Of a DNA stretch of 64,000 nt, positions 12,422 through 24,245 are shown one piece after another. The notes beneath the pieces are model-generated. The model saw only the letters and a list, made by a program, of their open reading frames with translations. It made no database searches and was not told where the DNA came from. Source of the stretch: Selaginella moellendorffii (taxonomy: Eukaryota; Plantae; Lycopodiophyta); assembly GCF_000143415.4 (NCBI RefSeq), contig NW_003314295.1, positions 395,075 through 459,074 of the forward strand, read 5' to 3'. The position numbers and the translations under genes are program-made. How positions within the stretch are numbered: the stretch's first letter is position 1; every line of letters begins with the position of its first letter.

Positions 12422-12777
12422 TCAGTGGCGAGCTCTCTTGCTCGGTGGCCCAGCTTGTTGTTGCTGAAGCGCCAGTTGCCTTGTGAAGTAGTTCACCTCC
12501 TTAGCCAGTCGCCTCCTGTTCGCTTCCTCCTCTTGCTGGGCTACCATCCGTGTGATTCGGTCGGCATGGGGAGGATCCAACGTCACCTGTCGTCCATGTA
12601 ATGGCTGTCCGGCCTGAGCGCCCTCTTGTTGTTGGTCTCGGCCCAGTGATCATAGTCCGCGAAGTCGAAGCTATCGTATTGTTTCACCCGGATGCTCCTA
12701 TTGTTACCAGCCTCGATCGCCAAGTCGTCAATCATGCGCTTGAGCTCAACATACCGCTCAACGTCCACCGCCACCAT
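12422..12777 (-). pseudogene. ORF121 copy 3, frameshifted
   Basis: 356 nt: a 1-nt deletion near 12588 and a 9-nt deletion near 12539. Confidence 0.7.
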
Positions 12778-13464
12778 CTTCGATCTGCTCCGCTCGTGAG
12801 AAGTTCTTCTGGACTCCTTTTTACAATCACTAACCCCATACAAAACAAATGGATATGCCACTTTTTTGCCAAATATTCTTTCATTATCTTTAAGACAAAA
12901 AAAAGGTTTTAACCGGCTTACTGAAATATTTTTAAATTTGTTTTATGGAGCAGCGATCTCCACAGATTTGAAGAGCTAGGAGTGAGGAACTAGAAATTCG
13001 TGGATTCAACCAAAGTTTCGAAGACTTGTTTTGTCCCTGAATTTTTTCCATCTTTCACTGAGCTCATTGATGGCATCAACTCTCTGCTTTCAGGATTTAA
13101 TCTGTCCAAGCATCAATCCCGTCCTCAGTCCAAGTCGTCCAGCAACAGTTTCTGCCACCAGCTGGGACGCTCTGCATGTATAGCCCCTGGTAATTAATCC
13201 GCTGGAGAAAGCTCCCACGAAAATTCGCCTTGCATGTGCGCGGCTGCGGGGTTAAAAGGAGACTGGATAAACATGCACACACTTGTCAATTACAAAATCA
13301 TGCAAGGAGAGTAGGGGAGAAAAACAAGAACAGTACACACACACCGAAACAAGAAACACCAGGGGAAAAAAAAAAAGTGGCAGCCATGCCTCCAATGATG
13401 CCCTCTAGATCCGTAATTGTACATGGCACCTCGATCTCGTGCAGGGCGCTTCATCCAAACGCAA

Positions 13465-15050
13465 TTAAAGCACATATGTAGCAGTATGGCATGCACTCGC
13501 ACAAGCTTTTGCATGCGGTTCAGAACTTCCCTCTCCTCTTTCAAATGCTTCCCTGAAGCCCTTGCATGAGTCGTCGTCCATGGGAGGCAGGACAATGGTC
13601 ATCTGGGGAATAGGCAGATCAAGCCTTTTCCACGAATGCCTGCCAGTCTTCGTAACCTTTGGCTGACCGTCTTCAATCACGTAGTCACTCAAACCCATGA
13701 AACTCCCCGCTTGCTTGGTGCTTAACTCCTGGATTTATCATGTTCACAAGCTCCCCATTCCCCAGCACATCCCTGTATCGCCTCTTGAACGCTTTCAACA
13801 GCTCCGAAGGCTTTTAGGCATCCATATGGAAAGTCACAAACCGGGCCTCATCCATTGTCGTCTCAGCGGCATCAGCACCATTCCGGGATGGACTTGCGAA
13901 GAGGACCGTCCTTCCTCGTGTGGCTCTATATCCTTGAAAGCTATCGTCCATAAGGAGCCAAGTCCCTGCTAAGCTCAACAGGTCTGTCGGAACTTTATAC
14001 AAGCACCAGATCTCTCCGCCCAGCGAGATGATGATGAAGACCCTGGCATCCACAAACAGTTGCACTAAAATGTATGCTCCAGCTAGTTCCGCATCGCTGA
14101 GGAGCTCGTGAACGAAGTACCAGATGCAGCACGACTTCCTATCCCCGGATTACCGGAGATGTGCGCGAAGATGCTGTGGCCGTGTCTCAGCTGACGATAG
14201 ATCTTCTCGTAAGACTTGCGAACGAGGATGTCGGCATGGTTGGCTGTGAGCTCGGCTATGACGGCAGGGAGCCTCAGAAATCCTTCCGCACCCCAACCCC
14301 TGCACAGGTGCGAGCGGGTGTCCGGGGGGAAAGTCTTGTCCTTGGCAAAAGGGACTGCATAAACAAGCACACACTTGTCAAAGTTACAAATCATGGAAGA
14401 GCAGAGGGAACATACACACAACGAAAACAAAAAGACTGTACCTCGAATGATATGCTCTGCCCCGGCGTCGAACTTGACACGGTTTAAGCCATCGTCCACG
14501 CTCATCCGGCTTCTTGTAAAAGAAACTTAGGGCGCCAGCCGTAACCCGCACTTTGCCATTCTTTAGACAGAACCTGAGCTTGTCATCCCTCCATGCGAAA
14601 GTACACGATGCCAATCGTCCCACAGCCTTATAGAAAATGAGACGAAACAAAATCCATGGCTGCTGCTCTGCTGCTGCTCTCTGAAAAGAAAACAATGAGA
14701 TTTGTCAAAAGATTGCTTTCAGCAATATTCTCTCCTTTCACTGCACAGGCCAGCAGCAGCACTAATAGAGAAGCAAGCATCTCTCCATCCCAAAATGAAA
14801 CAGATAAATGCTTTTTGTGGGTTCCAGCTGAAGAAGAATCCATCGATTTTGTTACGATCATGTGAGAGAGCACTTACCTTGCAAGTTCTTCTTGCGGAGT
14901 AAAATTCCTAGAGCGTAGAAACAACATCTACGACTTTGTAAAGTTTAAAATTTTGAACTAAGAATGGAGAGAGAAAAGCTTACTTACGACCAGAAAAGTC
15001 TCGAGAGTGAAAATAAAGAAGAAAAGGGATACCACTCACAAGTTTGATTT
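13465..15050 (-). pseudogene. Crinkler/RHS-type NTPase-REase gene, internally deleted copy
   Basis: ILVRKSYEKIY; Walker A GNPGIG[K]S broken by a 1-nt deletion; Walker B WLLMDD; TVLFASP; FHMDA*KPSEL with a TGG>TAA stop; C-terminal IPQMTIVL. 87-nt GT-AG intron at 14355-14441. REase core missing. Confidence 0.75.
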
Positions 15051-15710
15051 TCCTGCAATAAATAAATACTCCAGAAGCTTATGGATAAATAAACCACCAT
15101 AAACCATTTCCTTTCGAAAAATAAAGGTGAAAAAAAAGTATCCCAAATCCAAAAGCTATCCAGCTCCGACCGAAGAAATTCTTCTTTCTTGCGGAGTGCT
15201 CGATCTCGTCAACTTCTCCCCGATTTTGCGGAATGCAAGGCAAATTTTTGTGGGAGCTTTATCCAGCAGATTGATTACCAGGTCCCAGGAGCGAAAGCTG
15301 GTGGAAGAAACTCTTGCTGGTCGACTTGGAGTGGTGGGGAGAGAACGAGATTGGACGCATGATGCTCCGATGGATGGCAAGGAGATTAAATCCTAGAAGC
15401 AGAGAGTTGACGCCATCAACTAGCTCAGTGAAAGCTAGGGACAGAAGTGAGTGAAAATCCGCTTCCAATCGTTTCGAAACTCTGGTTTTATACGCCATCA
15501 AGAATATCTGGCTCCTCACTCCTGAGCTCTTCAAATCGGTGGAGAGCATAAAACAAATTTAAAATATTTCAGTAAACCGGTTAAGTTGCTGAAAACCTTT
15601 ATCTTAAAGATGGTGAAACAATATTTGGCGAAAAACGTAGTATATTCGTTTGTTTCGTATAGGGTTTGTGATTGTAAAAGGGAGACGATCACGAGCAGAG
15701 CAGATCGGAG

Positions 15711-16072
15711 ATGGTGGCGGTGGACGTTGAGCGGTATGTTGAGCTCAAGCGCATGATCAACGACTTGGCGATCGAGGCTGGTAACAAAGCATCCGGGTGA
15801 AACAATACGATAGCTTTGCCTTCGCGGACTATGATCACTGGGCCGAGACCAACAACAAGAGGGCGCTCAGGCCGGACTGCCATTACATGGAGGACGAGGT
15901 GGCGTTGGATCCTCCCCATGCCGACCGGATCACGCGGATGGTGGCCGTGGCGCTCCAGCAAGAGGAGGAAGACAACAGGAGGCAACTGGCTAAGGAGGTG
16001 AACCACTTCACAAGGCAACTGGCGCTTCAGCAACAACAAGCCGGGCCACTGAGCAAGAGAGCTCGCCACTGA
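15711..16072 (+). pseudogene. ORF121 copy 4, frameshifted
   Basis: 362 nt: 4-nt deletion (TAGG) near 15787. Confidence 0.7.
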
Positions 16073-17235
16073 TCGTCAAATCATCCCCTGGAGTGATGAT
16101 CGAAAACAATCTTGTATCACAAGCTCCAACAAACGTGTGAACAAAGCAAGCTCCTGCCAAGGAGCACAAACTTTTGTTGTTTGTACTTCATATATCTGGC
16201 AATGAAGAGATCTTTCCAGTTCTATGAGCCGTGTCTCGCGGAATATGGCCGTGAGTCATTTGGGTCTTCCTTTAGCTAATAAGCCCTAGCTAGAGCTACA
16301 TTATGAGCGAAGGAAACGTTGCTGCGTTGTTAGCTGCCAGGGTATGCCGTATTATTGGTGCAAAGAAAATGTGTACAAGTGCTCCAGTGGTGCCTGATCA
16401 AGAACATCAATACTCAAAGTCTATACTGATGAAAGGAAAAAACGTTTGTTTTGTTTTTTTGAAAAAAACAATGCGCCTACTCCCTCTTCTCAACTTTGTG
16501 ATTGAGGATAATGGCTTTTCAATGGTTCTTCTTTTCCTTGTTTCTCATCGAATGCTTGTGTTCTTGCTCCCGCTTCACCACTACCCTTGCAAGTGAAAAA
16601 CAACCAAACTACTGAAGGAACTGTTGTGTGCATCATGTTTTCTTCGAATCAAAGTACTATTCTTACGCTCTCTCTGGTTCTACTTGCGAGAACAAACATG
16701 AATTTAGAGACGAGTCGTTTAAAATGAGTTCTTTGGAAGTACTTTTAATAACAGATTAAGAAAATGGAGACTTTGGAGTAACAGGATTTTACCATGCGAT
16801 TCAGCTGCAGGGTTTACTCGAGGTGATGGCAAACTCCAGTGTTGCAATCTCACACTTGCTGCCTTTGGCACTTCTGGCAGTTGTCCCGGCACACCTGGTC
16901 GCTTGGAGGTGCACAGGAAGTGCCCCTCCACACATATCCCCGCCATAGCCAGGCTCTCCTTGTTGACCACTCCAGGGTGACGACCAAGTCCATGAGGTGA
17001 GCTTGGCCATTTTGGAGAATATATATTCCATTTCCCACTAAGGCTGTGGGTCGTAATGTTTTTCACAGGGTTAGTAGCCTCAGAAACTGTCGTTGATTTC
17101 TTCGAACATGGCATGGTTTAGATGCTCTAAGACGAAATGGAAACATCGCTTCTTTTCGTCCAAGATGAGAAACGAAGAACAAACAACATGGTACGTACCT
17201 GAGGAAAATGTCTGAGAAAAGAATGATAAAGAACA

Positions 17236-17405
17236 AGAAGACGAGGTTGGCATCCGAGGAGCTCGGGGTGACTGTAAAGATGCACAGGAGCAAGCTCGAG
17301 CGCATTGTGCAGGGCAGCTTCAATGGATCGCTCAAGGCTAAAGCATCCGAAGAAGAGCTGAGGAAGATCCTCCACCTGGCATTTCCTCACTATGATGCCT
17401 TCTAG
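17236..17405 (+). pseudogene. B3 C-terminal paralogue fragment
   Basis: KKTRLASEELGVTVKMHRSKLERIVQGSFNGSLKAKASEEELRKILHLAFPHYDAF. Confidence 0.7.
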
Positions 17406-18095
17406 TGGAAAACTGATAAGAACTGATGTCTTGAGATGTATTTTAACTTAGAAATGTATTTTCCTTTTACACAACAACTATTGGAGCAATCGATTTCACT
17501 GAACGAAGAAATCTTGGTTTTGGTGGTGGCAACTGTGATGGCAGGTCCTTGTCTTCGCTAGACTCTCTGGGACAACTTTTGGACGTGCTAGCCTCCACTG
17601 CATTGATCACAAACAAACTCCCCATTGCACTACTTGTCGATGGATCCTAGGTTATATACAAACTGAAAAGGGTTGAGACAAAAGGGAGGCATATATAGCT
17701 TTTAGTGCGAATATTCTTTATTTTATTCTGGTCTAAGCTGTTTTGCATTCATGTCTTAAGAAAAAAAATTATAATAATAAAAACATAAAGAGAAATAAAA
17801 TATATATATGATTTAATATTTGAGCTTTTACCCTCATTGAAATGCCACATCCACTTGCATGGTTTCCTAGCTTGCTATATCACTCCAAAGGTTCTAGGCA
17901 TTATAAAATGATTAGAAAATCAATGCTAAAGTAAAGATAAATCTTTTGATTAGGTATATCTTGAAAGTAAATGATTTGTTTGGCCATGAGGTATAAAATC
18001 CTAAACTTCCCTTCTAACATTACAGGTATTAATATAAACTTACTTCAAGGATTATTAGTATTAAAAATATTAGTTAGGATTTTAATAATTGACAG

Positions 18096-18270
18096 TGTGA
18101 GTGATTGGAATATGGAAAGGGAATATAGAAAATGTGCATATCAATTAGCCCAAAAACCCTAGCTTATATACATGAGCGAGTGGTTAGAATTAAAACCAAT
18201 CCGACGGCTACCAAAATCCCACTATGCTAATATTAGTATATAGCATGTAGCCATACATTTGGCCCTCACA
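18096..18270 (-). repeat. 3' LTR (175 bp)
   Basis: TGTGAG...CTCACA, adjacent to the PPT. Confidence 0.95.
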
Positions 18271-21200
18271 TCATCCCCTCCTCTCGGAATAATGGAAGAC
18301 CATCAGGGTTCTCTTGTAGACGGGCGGAGGAGGCCTTGGCAGATCTGTAGGTGGTATTAATTGCTCCTGATCCCTTTGTATGAAGCGTTTCAACCGCTGC
18401 ACATGCACAATCTCTGGAGGATCAACCTGCTGGACATCATGCCGAACTTCATAAATTTGTTGTCCAACATGCTACAACACGTGATATGGTCCTTTCCACT
18501 GCACAAGGAGCCCCTTAGATAAACCATATACCGTAAAATGGGGAAAACAGACTAATACCAAATCATCCATTTTGTACTCCGCATGTGGACGATGATGGGA
18601 GTTATAACGCTGTTGTTGTCCCACTTGTACATGGCCTAAGTGTTCGGCAGACTCTGCTTGGACAAGTGGAAGAATGCTCGTCAAATACTGATCCCACGAC
18701 CTAGCATCGGCAGCTCGTGGCAATCGCAAAGGTAAACCCAGCTCTGTTGGTAATATTGGATCATAACTATAGAGGAGTTTATATGGTGAAGCACCAACAG
18801 AACTCTACACCCCTGTAACATACACATACCGAAGAGACGGCAAATAACCATCCTAATCCAAATGCTAAAATCTCATCTCTTTGAATGTCCAAATGAATCG
18901 TTCCACCAGACCGTTTGATTGTGGATGATAAACATTTGTGAAAGTGTGGCATATCCCTAACCAAGACGTCAAAAGATGAAATGCCTCAGCCATAAATGCA
19001 AGACCATTATCCGAAAGAATCCACTCTGGATAAGAATATTGGAACACCACTCAATTGAGGAGGAAGTATCCAACAGCAGTTGTAGAGGCGCTAGCAAGAG
19101 CACCAACTTCCACCCAATGAGTTAAGTAGTTAGAAACAATAATAACATACTCATTGCCAGCAGTCGACCATGGAAAAGGTCCCATAAGATCAAACGCCAC
19201 CAACTCAAATAAAGGGGAAACTGTAATTGACTCTAACCATCCTTCCACAACCCGAGGGGGAGTATTACGAGCTTAGCACCAAACACAGCTACGCACATAC
19301 CGGATAGTATCACGTCGCATCTCTGGCCAATAGAAAGACCTGCGTAGCTTCTCAGTTACATGACGATATCCCATATGCCCACCTAGAATAGGAGAATCAT
19401 GGTAGGCATAGAGAAACCGCAGGATAAAGACAGAAGGCACCACCAGCTGTAAATGATTATTAAAATTTATCCCCATAAAATAAAGAAAGTCATCTTCAAG
19501 ACGATATTAAGAATGTAAATGCCGGAAAGGCAAGTCATCAGCAAGTGATGTAGGATTCTCAAACGCATTTCGAAGCCTTCGAATCCACAACTCAATCTTT
19601 TGAGCCTCACGAACTTCATCAACAGAAGGTAGATCTTGCTCTGCACCTTGTGGACACTAAACGTCAGGTATAACAACCGCCAACGGCATACAATCCTCAT
19701 CTAGAAAATCCATAGAGGCTGGAACAACAGGCTTGTCAAAAACATGAGAAGAGATTGGAGAAGGAAGAGGAGCTCGAGAAAGGGCATTAGCATTAACTAT
19801 AGAGTTCCCTGGGCGATGAACAATATCAAAATCATATATTTGAAGCTTCAAATCCCATTAAGCAGGATGACAAAATAGGTTCTTCCGCTTCAATAATGAA
19901 GTAACAACGGCATGATCACCTTCAAGTAACATCCAAGAACCATGTAGATATGCATGAAGTTTCTTGAAACCTCAAACTGTTGCTAACACTCATTCTCTGT
20001 CATGGAGTAGTTCATCTCCGCTAGTTGTAATGTACGGCTTATATATGCAATGGGATGACACTGACCAAGCACGCTCAAGCTCTCTTGCCTCAACACAACT
20101 CCAAGACTAATGTCAGAAGCATCCACGCAAAATAAAAGGTCAAGTGTAGTTAGGATATGCCAAAACTGGAGGAGTCGTTAATAGCTTTTTGAGATCCATG
20201 AATGCCCACTCACAATCTGGAAACCAGATGAAAGATGATGTTGATGACTTCAGCAACGCTCTCAACGGTGCAGTGTGATCAAAAAGATGATTCACAAAAC
20301 AACTGAGATACTACATTTTGCCCAAGAAGCGCTGCACATTATTCACACACTTTGGAGTAGAGAACTTTAGAACCGCCACAAGTTTGTTAGGATTAACTTG
20401 CAAACCCTCACGAGAAATACGGTACCCAAGATAAGTTGTGTCCTTAGACCCAAACACGCACTTTGACCGCTTCAACTTTAAACTAACGTCGTGTAACCGA
20501 TCCAACACTTTACAAACATCACGAATGTGCTCCTCCCACATCCCCTTCGAGTGGATCAAAACATCATCAATGAAGTCAACAGTCACCTCTGGCATATCGC
20601 AAAGAACCTTATCTATCATCCGTTGGAAAGTTGCTAGAGCATTGTTTAAACCAAACGGCATCACCAAGAACTTGTACAAACCAAACGGTGTATGAAAACT
20701 AGTCTTAAGAATATCTTCTTCGGCCATTGGTACTTGCCAGTACCCAGAAGCAAGATCTAGCTCGGTGAACTAACGACTTCACCTCAAACGATCCAAGAGA
20801 TTAGCAATGTGAGGAAGAGGAGCTGAAAGACGGGCAGCGAGAAGTGGAAGAGGCGACGTCTCATAACGTTGTGCCAAGTGAAGAACATCATCAAGGGTGG
20901 AGGGAGCAAGTGCATACACAAGTTCGACAAAATCTTGACGAAGTGCTGGCCACAACATTTTTAGCTTGATCCGCTCCCACATATTTGGCTCCGCACAAAA
21001 CAAAAGACTTCAGAAACGAATGCCAAATTGCATCACTGATTCAGATGGCCCTTGGCAAAGACAATGCAATTGTTGGAAAGCATCATCACAGTCATCAGCA
21101 TGTCTGAAGGCCCGTTTGAAGACGTCCAGGAGAACACTCCAATCCCCATGAGTGGCTATGCTCAGACCATTGTACCATTGCAACACTGTCCCTTGGAGAC

Positions 21201-21335
21201 ATATGGGAAACTCATGCAAACGTCGAGCATCATCCCAAGAATGATATGTGGCAATCATCGTGAAGTGATCGAACCACTGGTACACATCATCCCTAAGATT
21301 CCCACGAAAGAACTTTGGCCAAACGCGAGGATTAA

Positions 21336-22198
21336 GGGCAGGGTTCCATGCTCCACCCTAGGGGGAAAATTTCCAGAGGGGGGAAATAAAACCCTGGGTT
21401 CCATGCCCCCCCTAGTGACATGGCACTAAAAATGGGGGGGAAGTGGGGAACCCGGTGTCCCCTCCGTAAATTTCTCCCGGAGCCTGGAACTCGGTAAAAT
21501 ACACAAATAAAATAATGCCATGTGGCAAAATTGCCACATCATCTAAAAATTTGACCCGCCCTAATTTTGCCGCTGTGTGAGCATGCGAGTTCTTGGAGGG
21601 TTTTGGGGGGGATTTTTGCAGTGATTTGAGAAGGAAGTTTGTAAGAAATGGAGAATCGCTCACCCTCACCTTATCCATAGTTGCAATTTGCCTATTATTT
21701 TAATTCATCAATAGCTCAAACTCATGTAAGTATGAAATTTTGTAATTCTGAAATTTTGCTTGTTTTTCTTAATGTCCAGGGAGGAGAGGGTTCTTCTTTT
21801 AGTGCTAGCATGGGATTTATGCCAAATGTAACTATGATCCAAATACTTTTCATTTTCTCTTTGGTTTTTTTCTTTTGTTTAGTAAAATTTTGCAATGGTT
21901 TTTAGCCTATCATTTCTACATTCAACCCAATGATTGGATTTGTTCCAAGTATCCCTACAATGCAAGCTAACTTCAATTCATCGAGCTAAGTATTTTTTCC
22001 AATTGTTTTCCTACTTTGTGCGCTCAATTTAGGGTAAACAAAATTGGCACCCTAATCCTTTATGACGTGGGAAAAAAAATGCTAATGTGTAAACTTACGT
22101 GGCATATAAAGAAGGGTAGCCATTAAAAAAAAGGGGAGGGGATTTTTTTTTGGAGGGGGAGAGAAATTTCTAGGTGGGTGGAGCATAGAACCTCGCCC
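21336..22198. mobile_element. Non-autonomous PIF/Harbinger (Tourist-like) element nested in gag
   Basis: Imperfect 23-bp TIRs GGGCAGGGTTCCATGCTCCACCC / GGGTGGAGCATAGAACCTCGCCC. TAA TSD at 21333-21335 and 22199-22201. Gag sequence is continuous across the insertion; no transposase. Confidence 0.85.
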
Positions 22199-22494
22199 TA
22201 ACACCAAGAGTAGGAGGAGTTGTACCATGTGTCGTGAATGCCGCATCAATTGTGTTTGATTGGTCAATTGCAAGCACATAGCATCAAGCAATTGTACCAA
22301 CTGTTGCTCCAAAGTCAAAGGAGGAGATTGCTGATCTGCCATGAAGACGGACAAAGAAAGAGCAAAAGAAGAGAAACAACAAAAAGCGAGAAGGAAATGG
22401 GAGATCTAGACAATACAAAAAGCTAGATCTAAACCAAAATCCCAAATTCAAACATTATTCAAGGACAATCAAAAGTGCCCCTCACCTTCACCAA

Positions 22495-22670
22495 TGTGAG
22501 TGCTTGGAATATGGAAAAGAAATACAGAAAATATGCATATCAATTAGCCCAAAAACCCTAGCTTATATATAGGAGTGAGTGGTTCGGATTGAAACCAATC
22601 CGACGGCTATCAAAATCCCACTATGCTAATATTAGTATACAACATCATAGCCGTACACTTAGCCCTCACA
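22495..22670 (-). repeat. 5' LTR (176 bp)
   Basis: TGTGAG...CTCACA, adjacent to the PBS. Confidence 0.95.
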
Positions 22671-24245
22671 ACAGCAAAAAGAAATATAAGTTTAAACAAG
22701 AAAAATATAAAAGAAATGCTACTTATAATACTTACAGAAATATGGCAATGAATATGTGATTTCGCATGGAAGCATTATATTTTTATACATATGCAAATTT
22801 ATTTTTTTGTTTTGAGTTACATGTAAAAATATTATGCATACAATCACTTTTCAATTGGTATATAAGCAATTAAAATGCCATTGTGTTGTCATGAGATATG
22901 TTATATATGAATGGGGTATAGCAACTCATATTACCATATACACATCATGCCATGTCATTTTAGACAATATGATATCATTGCAATTTAGTAAGGGGTTTTT
23001 TTCTCATTCTTGTGAGTGCGAATTTATAATGAGTTAATTGTGATCATTTCTCTCCTCTCATTTCTGTTAGTTATAATCCATTTTTCATGGTTATTGCTCA
23101 TTTCTCATAACTATAGCTTATTTCTTGCAATTGTGGTTCATTTCTTATAACTTAAAAGTGTTATGCACCTTAATCTATTTATTGCACCTCTCATTTTTTG
23201 TAATCTGTTTGCAATATGACACTTTAACTTAGTGCCACAATAAGTGTGATTAATTGGAGTGTAGTGGCAAATGCAATTAATTGGAGTGTAATGGTGAGTG
23301 CAATTGATTGGAGTGTGGTGGCAAGTTTGATCAATTGCAATGTGGTGGTAAGTGCAATAAATTGAAGCACATTAATGAGTTCAATCAATTGGAATATAAA
23401 GGCAAAACACTTCTTTAGTTTTTTCTCAATTTTGTAACTCTCTAGCATTCACTTACGTAAAAGTTCCTTCATTTCTTCATTTGTTGTAAAACCATTAACT
23501 TACAAAATGCTTTATTTCGTTAAAGTGGAGCTTTTCATTATCCCACTTATGGTGTGTGGCCACATGCCATTTTTATAACAACAATAAAAAATTGAAGTTT
23601 TAGCTTTATAATTTATAAATTAAAAACTTTTCATATGATTTTGTGTTATAATATTGTGAAATATAAAAAATAAATTAAAAAACTGATAGAAATATTAATA
23701 AATATTAATTAAGTACTAGGAAATGGCATGTGGACACATGCTAATTAATGTCCCACTTTACTGAATAAGTTCCACTTTAACGAAATAAAGCATCAAAGTA
23801 TTTTTCATTACCTTTATCAAAGAGAGTGTCTAAAGAGCCTATAATATTTTAAAATTTAACTTGCACATTTGAAAAACATCACCTAAAAACTTAACCCTAT
23901 TGACATGTAAAACCAAAATCTAAGATGGGATGCAAAAAATTATATATATAGCATTATTTTATGAGTCACACACAAGTGTTACAATAATTTAAACACACAT
24001 GTGTTTTATTTTTATATATTTTGCAAATGTGAAAGATAATTTACTAGATTATCTATCCTAGGTACATCTCCTCTCTTTGGAGGTGTACCTCCCCCCAAAA
24101 TACTTCAGAATTTAATAGTGTAAAAATAATAAATGAAAATATATTAAAACTTAAACATTATAATTTAAAAAAAATTAACTAAAACTTTAGAAATAATATA
24201 GTAAATTGTTATTAAATCATCTCTTCTAATAAAAAAGTATGCTTT

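Larger units (their letters stand above)
18096..22670 (-). mobile_element. Ty3/gypsy LTR retrotransposon, degenerate and internally deleted
   Basis: LTRs 18096-18270 and 22495-22670 (TG...CA). TSD ACAG at 18092-18095 and 22671-22674; empty site visible at 3416. PBS TGGTGAAGGTG and PPT GAGAGGAGGGGATGA. Gag, then RT (TPFGLYKFLVMPFGL, FIDD), RNase H, integrase (HHCC, ILSDNG, YHPQSNGLVER, WKGPY), in gypsy order. Many stops. Confidence 0.95.

Noticed and set aside
14355-14441. Apparent transmembrane segment TVFLFSLCVCSLCSSMICNF in NTPase ORFs
   Set aside because: It is an in-frame 87-nt GT-AG intron.
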